Positions 1 through 11,619 of a stretch of DNA of 64,000 nt are shown here, one piece after another (position 1 is the first letter of the stretch; each line of letters starts with the position of its first letter). This stretch comes from Paragordius varius. Lineage: Eukaryota; Animalia; Nematomorpha. Below the pieces are notes generated by a model. The model did not search any database. It was not told where the DNA came from and saw only the letters and a program-made list of their open reading frames with translations. The stretch is taken from the NCBI GenBank assembly GCA_964247055.1, contig OZ176052.1:9176001-9240000 (forward strand), read 5' to 3'. Both the position numbers and the translations under genes were made by a program.

Positions 1-1490
1 AAATTAGCTCCAAAGTCACGCCATTTTTGTATGGCGTCTCGGTTTTAAACCGGTAGACCCCTACCCATAGGCCTATATAGAAGCGCTAAGTTATTTGCCT
101 TTATAGGGATATTTGGAATCATCTTTGAGACCATCGTCTCATGGGTTAATCGAAAAAATTAACACTAAATAATCGTTATATGGCGTATTTTTACGGCATA
201 AAGGCACCAAATTGACGGCTAATAAAAAAAGGCCTGACCTTAATTTTTTCCTAGTTACAGTTAATATTTTGAACTTTAAATGAGCTCGTATTGCATAAAT
301 TTTAAATTAGTTCCAAAACAACGCAATTTCTATATAGTGGCACAGTTTTTGGCGGGTAGCTTCTTATCCAGAGGCAGTAAAAAAGCGTCTGGCAAAATTT
401 TTGTCTTTACATGGGGAATATTTGTATATATAATGCCCACATGTTCCTATAAGTTCTTGGAAATATTGCATCAAAACCAAAAATTGTTCTATGGAGGCCA
501 ATTTTTCAGGGCGTAAAACTTTTCTTAAGGACTCATTGATATAGCCCCCTATACTAAAATATTTTTTAAAGGGGTAATAAATTCAGACCCTTAGGCCTAA
601 TAGGTTTTCTGAAAATTAACTCCTAAACAACGCAATTTTGATATGGTGGCGCAGTTTTAGGCGGGACCCAGAGACTGATACAAAAAAGCGCTTGATTAAA
701 ATTTTGCCTTTTTACGGAGAATACCTGGTACATAATTGATTTCATATGCTCTCATTAGTTTTAGGAAAAATTACCTCAAAATTAAAAAATTATTCTATGG
801 TGGCGCATTTTTCAAAACGTGAAGGGCCTAATTAACGGCTAATTTAAAAAATCCGCTCGACTTAAAATTTTGACGTTTTACGGGTAATACTTTAATCAGC
901 TATTTAATTCATATGGCCTGATAGGTTTTTTGAAATTTAGCCCCAAAGGCACACTATTTCGACGTGACGGATTAGTTTTTAGCGGGTAGCTCCTTACCAG
1001 GCAGCCATAATAAAAGAAACGCACGACTAAAGTTTTTGTCTTTTAACAGGGAATACCTGGAATTATTAAATTTTTACGGTCTCATACCTTGGCGAAAAAA
1101 TAGAATCAAAAAATATTTTTTTGGGCTTTGTTTTCATGAAAAAATGGCATTTAACGGAAGGGTAATAAGAGGGCCTAAATAAAAAAGGCGAGCCGACTAT
1201 GTTCGGCGCAATCGAAAAAAAGTAAAAAAAAATGATATTTTAAATCGAATGGTCCAACAATTTTCCGGAAAATTGAAAGACACTATTTTTGTGGACTTCT
1301 TTTATCAAAAAAAACCGTTTTTTACACTGGGTGGGCCCGAACTGGGGGCCTAATTCAAAAAAGGGCGTATTGTTGGGGCATTCATTAATGATTATATTTT
1401 TTCGATATTTGGATTTAAATGGGTCTACCGGTTTTCCGGAAACAGATCACAAAGCCACCACTTTCCATTTTTATAAATATATAGATACTT
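1..1490 (+). repeat. Unclassified interspersed element built of ~310-bp diverged tandem subunits (copy 1, cut by the window start)
   Basis: Reverse complement of 25430-27620. Subunit starts (CTCCAAAG/TTCCAAAA/CTCCTAAA/CCCCAAAG) at ~8, 311, 620 and 941. The terminal block has GCCGACTATGTTCGGC and GGGTGGGCCCGAA motifs and ends near TTTTATAAATATATAGAT. Confidence 0.85.
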
Positions 1491-2754
1491 TATTATGTTT
1501 TAAATTTTTATTTGAGGGAAAAAATTTGCCATAATTTTTGTCCCAAGTTTGGAATTTGTAAATTATATGGTTAAAATATATTTTGGTTTAATTTAATTTA
1601 TCATTTGTGTGTAAATAAGAATTTAGTTTTTGGGAGTTTTGTCTTCTCAATTAAAATAAAAACATCAAAACTAATTAAATAAAAATCAAATTAATAATAT
1701 TACCGAATACATGCTGTTAAAACATATTTAATATTAACGCCCGCCTTTTAGCGAATAAAGATTGTATAAAGCTCAAACTATCGGTGTAAGAACTTTTACA
1801 TGCTTTAGGCATATCAAAATAAACAGTTTAACGAAATTAAATTTAAAAAAATAATTATATGTTTATCTATTTCACGACAAAACGGTTCGTTAAACTCTAA
1901 GCAAACACCTTGTTTGTTAGGGCTAAAAGATTTTGTTGAAAATATTATACAAAATAATAATTTTGTCAGTAACAATGGTTAAAATGATATTTCTGCACTT
2001 AGCAAACATACCCATTTAAAGTTGTCGAAACTCAGTTAGCAAGTTTTATAAGGTGAGATGTAGAATTAAAACGATACCTACTGTATAAACGTAAGTGTAA
2101 CAAAGTTCCTCGATACTGCACAAATCATTTATGCTCCATGTCAGTCAAAAACAGGCGAGTGTTAAAAGCTTTAGGCTTATTTTTTATACAGTTTAAGTCC
2201 ATTTTATAAGAAAATTTACTTTTAAAGAAAAATTTACGCATTCAAATTAAGCCAAAAATAACAAATCCTTTGATTATTAAAGAATTATCCCAAATTTTAT
2301 CGAAAAGCCCACAGTGATGGCATGAACAATTCAAAATTAAATGTTGATTATAATTAATCGATGGATGGTCTCTATAGGAAGACAAAGTGACGAAACTAGT
2401 GTAAAAATTTACTCTTTAATAAATCAGTATCAGGGATGAAACAAAATCAATCTGACTTGACAGTTGTCTGCACAAGATTCCTCAATCTCCTCACAGCATA
2501 GCCTTCCCGGGGCATTGATTACAAAAGTTTGATTTAATGTAATATAAATAAGGAAGTTATATTTAAAGTTATAGCGGTTTACATTTATTCAAAAAAGAAT
2601 TTTTTTTTATTATTAGGATTACCTTAATTATATTGACATATTTTTTTATTTTTTGTTAATATTTTATGGGATGTTTTGGTTAGATATCTTCAAAGGAAAA
2701 AATGGTTGTTTCTAAATCCATTATTTGCAATAAAATGTTTGATATACAGTCATG

Positions 2755-4934
2755 TAGACTTTATATTGTTAAAGATTTACTTTTTTTCGTTAATTGGGTA
2801 TTAATATTTGGTAGAATATAAAAACAAGAGCAATATGGTATTACCATATCATATTCTTTAAAAAAGTAAAATATAAGTGTGGGGGAAGGGCGTCGGAAAT
2901 ATTTAGTAAAAAATGAAAATCTTAAAATATTGTTATAGGGGAATGGTATAATATTTTTGTTAATCTTTTAGCAAATTTTATATGTTGATTTTTTTTAAAT
3001 TTATTTCGCACTACACATATGAAAGAGGATTGACGTGAGAATTAACATAATTAATTTGATGAATATTTTGTATGTTAAATTTTAAGAATATTACAGCAAT
3101 TTATGTTAACATTTGAAATATTGTTGTTACGTATTTAGATGCGGAATTTTGTGGGTTTTTATCTTTAATAATTTAATAAATAGTAAAATGGTTATTTTAT
3201 TATTATTTAGGATTCATAATTAAATTCAATAATTACTATTTTTCAACATGATAAATACCTGTATTAATCGAAATTGGTATTATTATTTTAAATAGTTGTT
3301 ATTAGTAATTAAAATACAGGTTATATATTTGTGAAAATTTAGTTAGATTATAGGTTGGTTTTGTTTTTATGTTTTTCATGGTTAATTTTTATGTGTTTAC
3401 ATTTTAATCAAGTAAAAATTGCGGTTTTTAAATTTAGTCAAATTTAATTTTTTTGTTTTTTATTTAACATTGTTAATTGTAATTAATTACTACATATTTT
3501 AAACATTTTAATAAATACAGGTGAAAATTGTGGTTTTTAATAAATTTAGTTAAATTGAATTTTTTTGTTTTTTAGGATTTGCATTGTTAATTGTAATTAA
3601 TTATTACATATTGGAAATTTTAAAAATACAGGTAAAAATTGCGGTTTTTAACAAATTTCAAATTTTTTTTTTCATTGTTAATTGTAATTCCGCAATTTTT
3701 ACCTGATTAAAATGTAAACACATAAAAATTAACCATGAAAAACATAAAAACAAAACCAATCTATAATCTAATTAAATTTTCACAAATATATAACCTGTAT
3801 TTTAATTACTAATAACAACTATTTAAAATAATATAATTTCGATTAATACAGGTATTTATCATGTTGAAAAATAGTAATTATTGAATTTAATTATGAATCC
3901 TAAATAATATAAAAATACCCATTTTACTATTTATTAAATTAATAAAGATAAAAACCCACAAAATTCCGCATCTATATACGTAACAACAATATTTCAAATG
4001 TTAACATAAATTGCTGTAATATTCTTAAAATTTAACATACAAAATATTAATCAAATTAACACTTCGATTCAAATTGGGGTATCTAAATACCCCAGACTAA
4101 ATTTAAATTAAATTTTTTAAAAAACTACTGAAGGAAACGGTCCCAATTTAAATTTATGCTTCTATCCTGATAAATATTATATAAATATGCCAAAATATCT
4201 TGATAAAATTTAGTTTTGAAAAAAAAGTTCCACCTCAAACTACTTCGACGCCATTTTTATTTTACAAAAAATTTGCAAAATATCGTCTTCCTTTAATTTT
4301 AAGGGTAAAACTAAAGCTTATATTTTATAATTATTACATCTAACATTAATAGAAATAGAAAAAGCGGTTTATTTTGTATTATTTTTTAATTTTACAATTT
4401 GACACATGTCATTGACTAAATTTTTACCTTTCAGTTTTAGCTCAAAATAAGTAATATCAAGTATTTTTGAATAAATTTTTTTATATATTTCGGTCTATTA
4501 ATGTTATATAGGTGCAAAATTTTGCCATGGTTTCGATTGCTTCCATACTTTTTAAACTATTTGATTTTAAACAGGCCTGGGGTATCCAACTACCCCAATT
4601 TGAATCAAAGGACTAAAATGAGTGTGTTGTATCCAAGTGTTAATTATGTTAATTCTCACGTCAATCCTCTTTCATATGTGTAGTACGAAATAAATTTTTA
4701 AAAATCAACATATAAAATTTGCTAAAAAATTAAAAAAAATATTACCATTCCCCTATAACTATTTTAAGATTTTCATTTTTTACTAAATATTTCCGACGCC
4801 CTTCCCCCACACTTATTTTACTTTTTTAAAGAATATGATATGGTAATACCATATTGCTCTTGTTTTTATATTCTTTACCTAATATTAATACCCAATTAAC
4901 GAAAAAAAGTAAATCTTTAACAATATAAAGTCTA
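2755..4934. mobile_element. Foldback/long inverted repeat: arms 2755-3424 and 3690-4934 (right arm interrupted by a MITE), spacer of ~3 x 110-bp tandem repeats
   Basis: TAGACTTTATATTG at 2755 pairs with CAATATAAAGTCTA ending 4934, and the arms stay complementary through to AAAAATTGCGG (3424) / CCGCAATTTTT (3690). Spacer units GTAAAAATTGCGGTTTTTAA...CATTGTTAATTGTAATT start at ~3412, 3520 and 3631. Confidence 0.9.
4060..4639 (+). mobile_element. piggyBac-like MITE, family A (580 bp), TTAA TSD
   Basis: TTAA(4056-4059)-CACTTCGATTCAAATTGGGGTA ... TACCCCAATTTGAATC-spacer-CAAGTG-TTAA(4640-4643). The sister arm of the foldback has a single TTAA at the equivalent site (~3051), i.e. the empty site. 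Confidence 0.9.
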
Positions 4935-5206
4935 AGTATTTTTAATTCTGTTAATATTATCGTACTTATTAAAGTTACAGTTTTTAGATTCAAATTTAGT
5001 TTAAATATTATAAGTTTAGTATGTTTTGGAAATCAAATTCGTTATATACAGTAGCGTATGGTGAGAAAAAGATTAAGATTTGTAACCTTTTTTAATTAAT
5101 TATAAACTTTATTTTATTTGTATTATTTACCATATATATAAAATCTGTGTTACCTGATTGTTGCATTTAACGTTAAGATTTTATTTTGTAACTTAAAAAC
5201 AACAAA

Positions 5207-6094
5207 ATGATACCAATGTGTTGTAATTTATGTAAGGTTCCTTATCAATTCCCTTTAAATCAATCAATACCTTTTAGACCGCTAACTTCATCCAATCCTA
5301 ATTCCCCTGTAACTAAAAGTGATAATGATAATAATAGTTCACCCATATCCCCACAAAATCCTAATAATAATCAAATGGATAATATGCAAGCTATTTCCAC
5401 ATCCAACCTTGATCCACCAAATAATTGTAACTCAAATTCAAACAACAATTTGTCTCCAACATATAAACCGTCAGGCGATTCAGAAAGTAATGCTGGTAGT
5501 TCCGATAATCATATCAATAATCGTAATCGGGATAATGGAAATATCAATCGTAGAAATGTCATGAATGATGACAATATTTATGATTCAAATTACGAATCAT
5601 TTGACCGTGGTGGTAGATGTGGTCAGCACAAACAAAGTTTGGATGAAGGTTTATGCGAAAGTATTATACGGCAAAAAATGTTACAAGATGAGGAAAAATA
5701 CAATTGTCATACATCTCTAGGAACGAAACAAGGTAATAACAAAAACCGTAGACGAAAATCCATATATGAGAAGCAGAGATCAAGCAGTAGTAGTAGCTCA
5801 GAATCGTCAACAAGCGACGAAAAAACGGAATCATACAAAACAACAGCATTTAAAACATCATCACCATCTAAGGATAATATTTTGGTGGATAAAGAATTGA
5901 TTATTAAAACTTTAAAGTTATACGAAGTTTTACAGAGTGAACTATTTTGTGTAATAGAATTAATAAAGCACAAACATTATACAGGAGAAATGGAAGCTAT
6001 ATTGTCAGCTACTGGTCAACAGCTTTACCGAACGATGCCAATACATATAATTCTTTTTTTAACATTTGTTATTTTAGGTATCATATATAATTGA
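5207..6094 (+). CDS. Unknown protein, 295 aa: N/D/S-rich low-complexity N-terminus, helical segment, hydrophobic C-terminal tail (possibly tail-anchored)
   Basis: An 888-nt ORF in AT-rich DNA with protein-like composition, ending IHIILFLTFVILGIIYN. No family recognised; start and last codons are uncertain. Confidence 0.7.
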   Translation: MIPMCCNLCKVPYQFPLNQSIPFRPLTSSNPNSPVTKSDNDNNSSPISPQNPNNNQMDNMQAISTSNLDPPNNCNSNSNNNLSPTYKPSGDSESNAGSSDNHINNRNRDNGNINRRNVMNDDNIYDSNYESFDRGGRCGQHKQSLDEGLCESIIRQKMLQDEEKYNCHTSLGTKQGNNKNRRRKSIYEKQRSSSSSSSESSTSDEKTESYKTTAFKTSSPSKDNILVDKELIIKTLKLYEVLQSELFCVIELIKHKHYTGEMEAILSATGQQLYRTMPIHIILFLTFVILGIIYN

Positions 6095-7196
6095 AAAGAT
6101 TTGGTACCGACGAAATAATTTTAATTAGATACCTTATAATAAATCAAAAATAAAAATTCTTTTTTTTAATATTTAAAATAAAATATCATTTCATCAACTT
6201 TTTCAACAATATTTTTCTTGTTAAAGCATACAAATTCATCAGAGTTGTGTTAAAACAAAAATAATAATAAATATTTATTTATAAATCGAATTAATAAAAA
6301 GATGAGTTGGAGTATTAACGCTGTGCTTGATGCGGCGAAAGGCAACCGCCAAAAAATTATAAGTTGATTTCGTGCTAAACCGAACCAATCCATAGAACTT
6401 CAAAACGCAGGGACATGGGTAAAACAGGCGAGTTTTCTCAACAAAATAAAATAAGCACAAAATATGACAAAGTCTGTAGGGTCAAATTTTTTTAATGTTG
6501 GTCACGTCTCTTTAATATAAAAATTAATTATATTTTCGTAATTCCGATTATTGAGATGTTAAATAGGCACATGGATGGTGTGCCACGCGATTTCAAATAA
6601 CAAAGGCGCTGCAACAAAAAAGCCCATATTCAAGCAGAATTAACGATTCACTTTAAATTATTTATTTAATTGGTTAATTACAAAAAAATTGGTCGATTGC
6701 TTGTTTCAATTATACATAACCATATATCTAAAGTATATCAACCCGCTCAACTTAATAAGTTATATTGAAAATTAAATTTATAAAAACAGCTGACAGCTTT
6801 CAAAAATTTCCTCTGATTTATTAAAATCTCATCTCACATAGATAGTATTCTACCTACATCAAATTGTTCTAATTAAATGTAATATTTTAATTCGATATTA
6901 GCGTTTACATCACGTAATGTAGTTGTGTGCATTTATTTATTTAATAAAAAAGTTTTTGAATTATATTTTACTTATGATTATAAAAAATCAAGGTACTTTT
7001 TTGATTAATAGCTATCTTGGGAAAAATTAAACACAAAAATGATATATTAAAATTTTTGTAACCATGACAAAAATAATTGCCATGATTAAAAACCATGTAC
7101 GCCTAAAATAAGATTAATCTAGAAAAATATACAATTTATTTTATTGAATTACTGTATTGTATACAAATTTACAATATAAATTAGTAATTATATGAG

Positions 7197-10100
7197 TTAA
7201 TATTGGTGATTGATAATTACATCTTTTATTTTCTTCAAAAACCCATCTCGAATTCGTGAAAATTCCATAATATCACGAGGTTTCTCAGCAATCCAGTAAA
7301 AATGAAATGATATCATCATTTGACCTAATAATGTAAAAAGCAGTTACTTTACTTACAACTATTTATCACGACATAAAATAAAAGTAATCGGATAATAAAA
7401 GTAAAGTCAAATTTATTTTAACTTCTAAAATTTTTAAAAGTTATGCTGTAATCTCCTTAATATATGAAGGACAATTTTCACATATATTGATAATTATTGT
7501 TCCACTCGAACCAAGAATGGTATTCTTGTTTTAACCCTTTCTTCGGTGGTTAATTATTTTTATTTAATTTTAAAATACAATCGTTGTAAGTGAATAAAAC
7601 TTAAAATTCCCTATAGCCTAATTTTATTCAATTGAAATGGTTTATATAATGGCCGCAAAAGAATGCCACTGCTTTTTACCCGACTTACTATAGTATTTAA
7701 ACCCAGACTAATATCTATGTATAAAACAATTATTTTGTAATACACCATCATCTATCCATAATATTTTAACGGAAAATAAGCTTTACGCTTATTTTTACAG
7801 TTTTCCACCCAAATGATGCTTGACCCAGAACCCGCAATAGAGCTGGACGAGCAAATATAAAACTATTATCAATTTAAATTCGAAGTGTTGGTTCAGAAAT
7901 TCGGTTTATAGCCATATTTATCCGCATTACTATCAAAGTGAAAACTTCATCGTTAAAAATAAGGCTATCAGATAATTCGAATAATAAAATGATACATAAA
8001 CATTAAACGATCCTATACCAGATCTCGTCAATCATTACCGATTTACCTATGAAAAGCGTCAACAACTAGAATGTAATTTAGATAACCGCCATTTTGTTCA
8101 TCTGACATTGAACGACAAAATAGAAGTTGATTCCGCCAAAAACTAGCGTTTTATTATCATTCCGTAGGGCCGAATTATGGTCTGAAAATAAACATTTGCG
8201 GCACACATTGCCATCACAAGGCTGTTGAAGGTTAGCGTTTGCTGGCAGAAACATATGGTGAACACTCTCTATCGATTCAATGAAATAAGATTTTAAAGTT
8301 ATAATTTCATATGAATGAGTGTGGGCGCTTTGGTAGACCAGACAACGGCTAAGACGCTAAAGTGGAAGAATTTGGATGATCCAACTATCATTGGAAGCAT
8401 TTCAATTAGAAAATACAATAAGTAGACACACACGAGCAATGGGAAATTCCAACAAACTAGTTAAATGGGTCTCATTCGAATGAACGTCAAAAAAACTGCG
8501 AAGAGATTCGTAAAATCCTGCTTCAACGTCAAGAAAGGAAAATAATTTTGCATTGACTTATAAGGTGATGAGAAGAACTTATTTTGTAAATTCAAAGCAG
8601 AGAAAATTGTGGCTTTCATCTTACCGACCGCTCCTTCAACACCAGGCGAAATCGCTTTGGCAAGAAGACGATGATCTTTGTCTGGTGAGACCAGAGGAGT
8701 ATCGTGTATTATGAACCTTTGAAACCCGATTGTTAGTACACAAGCTATCGCCAACAAATTATTAAATTGAACCATGCATTAATTAAAAAAACCGGACGAC
8801 ATATGGCAAAATGAAATCGCCACATTGCTTCGCCTCTATTAGCCAAAATAGTGTTAAAGTCGCTTTGATTGGAAATTCTATCGTATTCACCGCACCCTGA
8901 CCCGGCGCGCAAACTATTAACTCTAAGAACCAATGAAACACACGTCCGCACACCTTAATTTCGAAGACGTCGGAAAATCAATGAGTTTTTCAGGCATGGC
9001 ATTTATATATTAGAAGAGAGATGGGTGAAATATGTAGAAGACGATGGACAGTATTTAGAATAAAAATAATTGATATCCCTTAAAAATTACGTGTTTTTAC
9101 CAAGAAAAACGGGAAAGAGTCATGAATACACCGGGTACATAAGTATCTGGAATAAATATTCAATGTAAATTGCATTGCCAAGACGTGTTGCGATGAAATA
9201 AATAATTAATACATTTTAATTTGGTCAACAAAGTCCTCTTGACAGCCTCCCCGCGGTGCTGGCTAGGTCATGAAAATGCGCTAACGGCAAAGCCTAGTTT
9301 TTTTAATGATCTGTAAAATCATCAGCTGTGCAGAAGGGCATATGTTGCGTAAAAAATCACCTCAATAAACCATGAAATATGACCATTATAAAATTATTAC
9401 GTGGTAAGAAAACCCCGACGGAGCCCTGATCTTATACCTATCAACCTACATTTTAATTTACTTCTAAAAATGTAAAACATATGCTTACTAAAAATTTCAA
9501 AAAAATCCAATATGTCAGTATCGTGATAGAGTAACCGTTCATTTAAAACAAAATTCTGACTACAATTCAGCTTTGGTTCGATAATTGATAGTTGATAATA
9601 ATTATGTTTATGTGGAACGCGCACATTATAAAAATAATGTTTAAAAGTCCCATCCGCTATGAGATCTTTAAGCATAGAAGCCATGTTAATTCCGACTATT
9701 GCAAATGGATAGCTAAAGTAAAAAATAATTAGTAACAGTGTATAGTATAATATTTTTATTTTTCGGGGTTACAGTATAAAAATTTATAAAACTACAATTT
9801 CGTCATAATTTGACGGTTTAAAACTAAAAAATGTTTGGCATATAATGTTTTATATGTTTTTAGCGCAAAATATGTTTATAGTTTCCCAAAATCGTTCCCA
9901 AATATTTTTTCGTCACTTATTTTGTATCAAACAAATTCTAAACGAGCATTATATTTGATGATATTAATAGGGTATTATCTGAGAAATATAAATTACGTTT
10001 ATAAGCATCCGGTTTAAACACGGAAATTAATATAAAACCTTTTAAAATTAAAAAGCTTTTGCGTAAAAATTATTATGGTAAATTGATATGAAATCATCTG

Positions 10101-11482
10101 CTCACATGCTATCAATTTTTTATCTATTTGCCAATTGTACCTTTTTAACTAAATTTCTACTAAAAATATTTAATACCTTTCGTAAGACCATATTAGTAAA
10201 ATTTTATTTTTTTTTCTTTAAATTTTTAATATTCAACAATTAATTATATTGTAATTAAATATATGAACTTCATAGTAATACTATGACAATGCCTTACTTA
10301 GCTTAATTTTTACAAAAATTAATTTTAAAATAATATTAAACAATATAATTGAGGAATTTTTTACATAAAACAATTTTAAATTTATTGAAACAAAATGTTT
10401 ATTATGAAATTTAAAAATACGCATTTATCGTTAAATTATAAACTCTCAAAATTTTTGCCGCATTAGATTATTTTGTTGCATTTCTTAAAAATGTCATTTT
10501 ATATTGTATTTAAAGTCAAAAATATTCGATTTTAAGGATCAACTAACTTACCAGGTATTTTATATAAAATTTTTAGGTGTAATAGAGGAGGGTGTGCAAC
10601 TCAATGGCTTCACGGGCCGCATTAAAAAAATATATGGCATTAATACATATTTCATTACACTTCAAACATAAGAATGTTAAAAAAATAGCTAAATTATTGT
10701 AATTTGGAAAGAAGTATTAAATTTATTTAAGATTTATTAATTTTACTTAGACATGTATTTGATAGAAATTTCGCGCGGGCAGAACAAAATTTTGGGGGCC
10801 CCTGTAATAGAGGTTTTACAACTAAAAATCAATAACATAGTTAAAAAAATACCTTAGAGTAAATGTAAGTTTTATATTTGATTGCAATATTGATACCTAT
10901 AAACCCCATCATTTAAACCGTGTTCCACCATAATTCTGGATTCGGATTTATGAAATTCGGTAAAATAACTAAAATTAAGTATTATTTATACACTAAGGAA
11001 GCAAGGCCTAAAATGCCCATACCTCTTAAATCAGTGGTTGGATCATGGCCCTGAAAACCCAATAATTGCCAATCTTTGTGCTTAAGGGAGTGAAAAGTTT
11101 TTATGTGTCCTAAACAATTATTCCATAACTAATTATATAATTAAGTTACTTTTTTAAGCAAAGTTTGTTGGGATGTCCTTTCATCGTAGTTTACCTTACG
11201 AGAATATTCTACAATATCAATAAAATTGGAGTATGCATTTATTTGTGATGCAATATGCAATTTATTAATGTGTATATCAGCATCATATTCATATATGAGG
11301 TTAGTTTTCTCGCTTTTATAATAATCTTTAATTGACAAATTCTTACCTATATTTAATATTCGATTGTAATGTGTTTCATTTTTTATGCAAAGTCGTTCAA
11401 CGTGGTTTAATCCTGTTATTTTAACAAATAACCAATCGGTAATCCAACAATAAAAATCAAGTAAAATTTTTTTGAAAAACAT
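7197..11482 (-). CDS. ELMOD: ELMO domain-containing protein (ELMOD1/2-like Arf-family GAP), 5 coding exons, ~297 aa
   Basis: Exons 11482-11150, 11128-10992, 10968-10897, 9712-9489 and 7324-7197; all junctions are GT-AG and phase-compatible. Motifs: LWNNC...DWQLLGFQGHDPTTDLRGMGILGLASLVYF, YSYPFAIVGIN, FHFYWIAEKPRDIMEFSRIRDGF, matching the ELMO/CED-12 domain. Confidence 0.93.
8015..9135 (+). mobile_element. Degraded Mos1-like (mauritiana-type) mariner with transposase pseudogene, in the last ELMOD intron
   Basis: Frameshifted fragments ENKHLRH, RLLAETYGEHS, MG..KWVSFE (WVPHEL motif), NRFGKKTMIFVW*DQRSIVYYEPLKP and RW.KYVEDDGQYLE* (stop ~9062). TIRs are degenerate, so the ends are approximate. 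Confidence 0.9.
10588..10804. mobile_element. hAT (Charlie/MER1-like) MITE, 217 bp, 8-bp TSD, in ELMOD intron 3
   Basis: TAATAGAG at 10580-10587 and 10805-10812 flanks GAGGGTGTGC...GGGCCGCA...GGGGCCCCTG. Confidence 0.8.
10969..10991 (-). other. 23-nt GT-AG micro-intron in ELMOD
   Basis: gtataaataatacttaattttag. Removal gives LGLASLV-YFTEFH, collinear with ELMOD LGLxNLVYF; retention gives an immediate TAA. Confidence 0.9.
11129..11149 (-). other. 21-nt GT-AG micro-intron in ELMOD (3n, contains an in-frame stop)
   Basis: gtaacttaattatataattag. Removal gives TLLKK-LWNNCLG (ELMOD LLxKLW); retention reads GTA ACT TAA. Confidence 0.88.
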
Positions 11483-11619
11483 GCATGTTCAAATTTCATG
11501 CACTAATAAATCTGGTTATACTTACACAGTAACCACAAAAAAATTCGGATAAAATTTACTTTCTAAAGAAATATGTATGATTATCATGGCGCTTTTAATT
11601 TTGAACATCACAAATGATT

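Noticed and set aside
9397-9684. ORF with IADGTFK, resembling the MULE transposase DGTF motif
   Set aside because: The in-frame upstream YPFAIVGIN and phase-compatible splice sites show that it is ELMOD exon 4.
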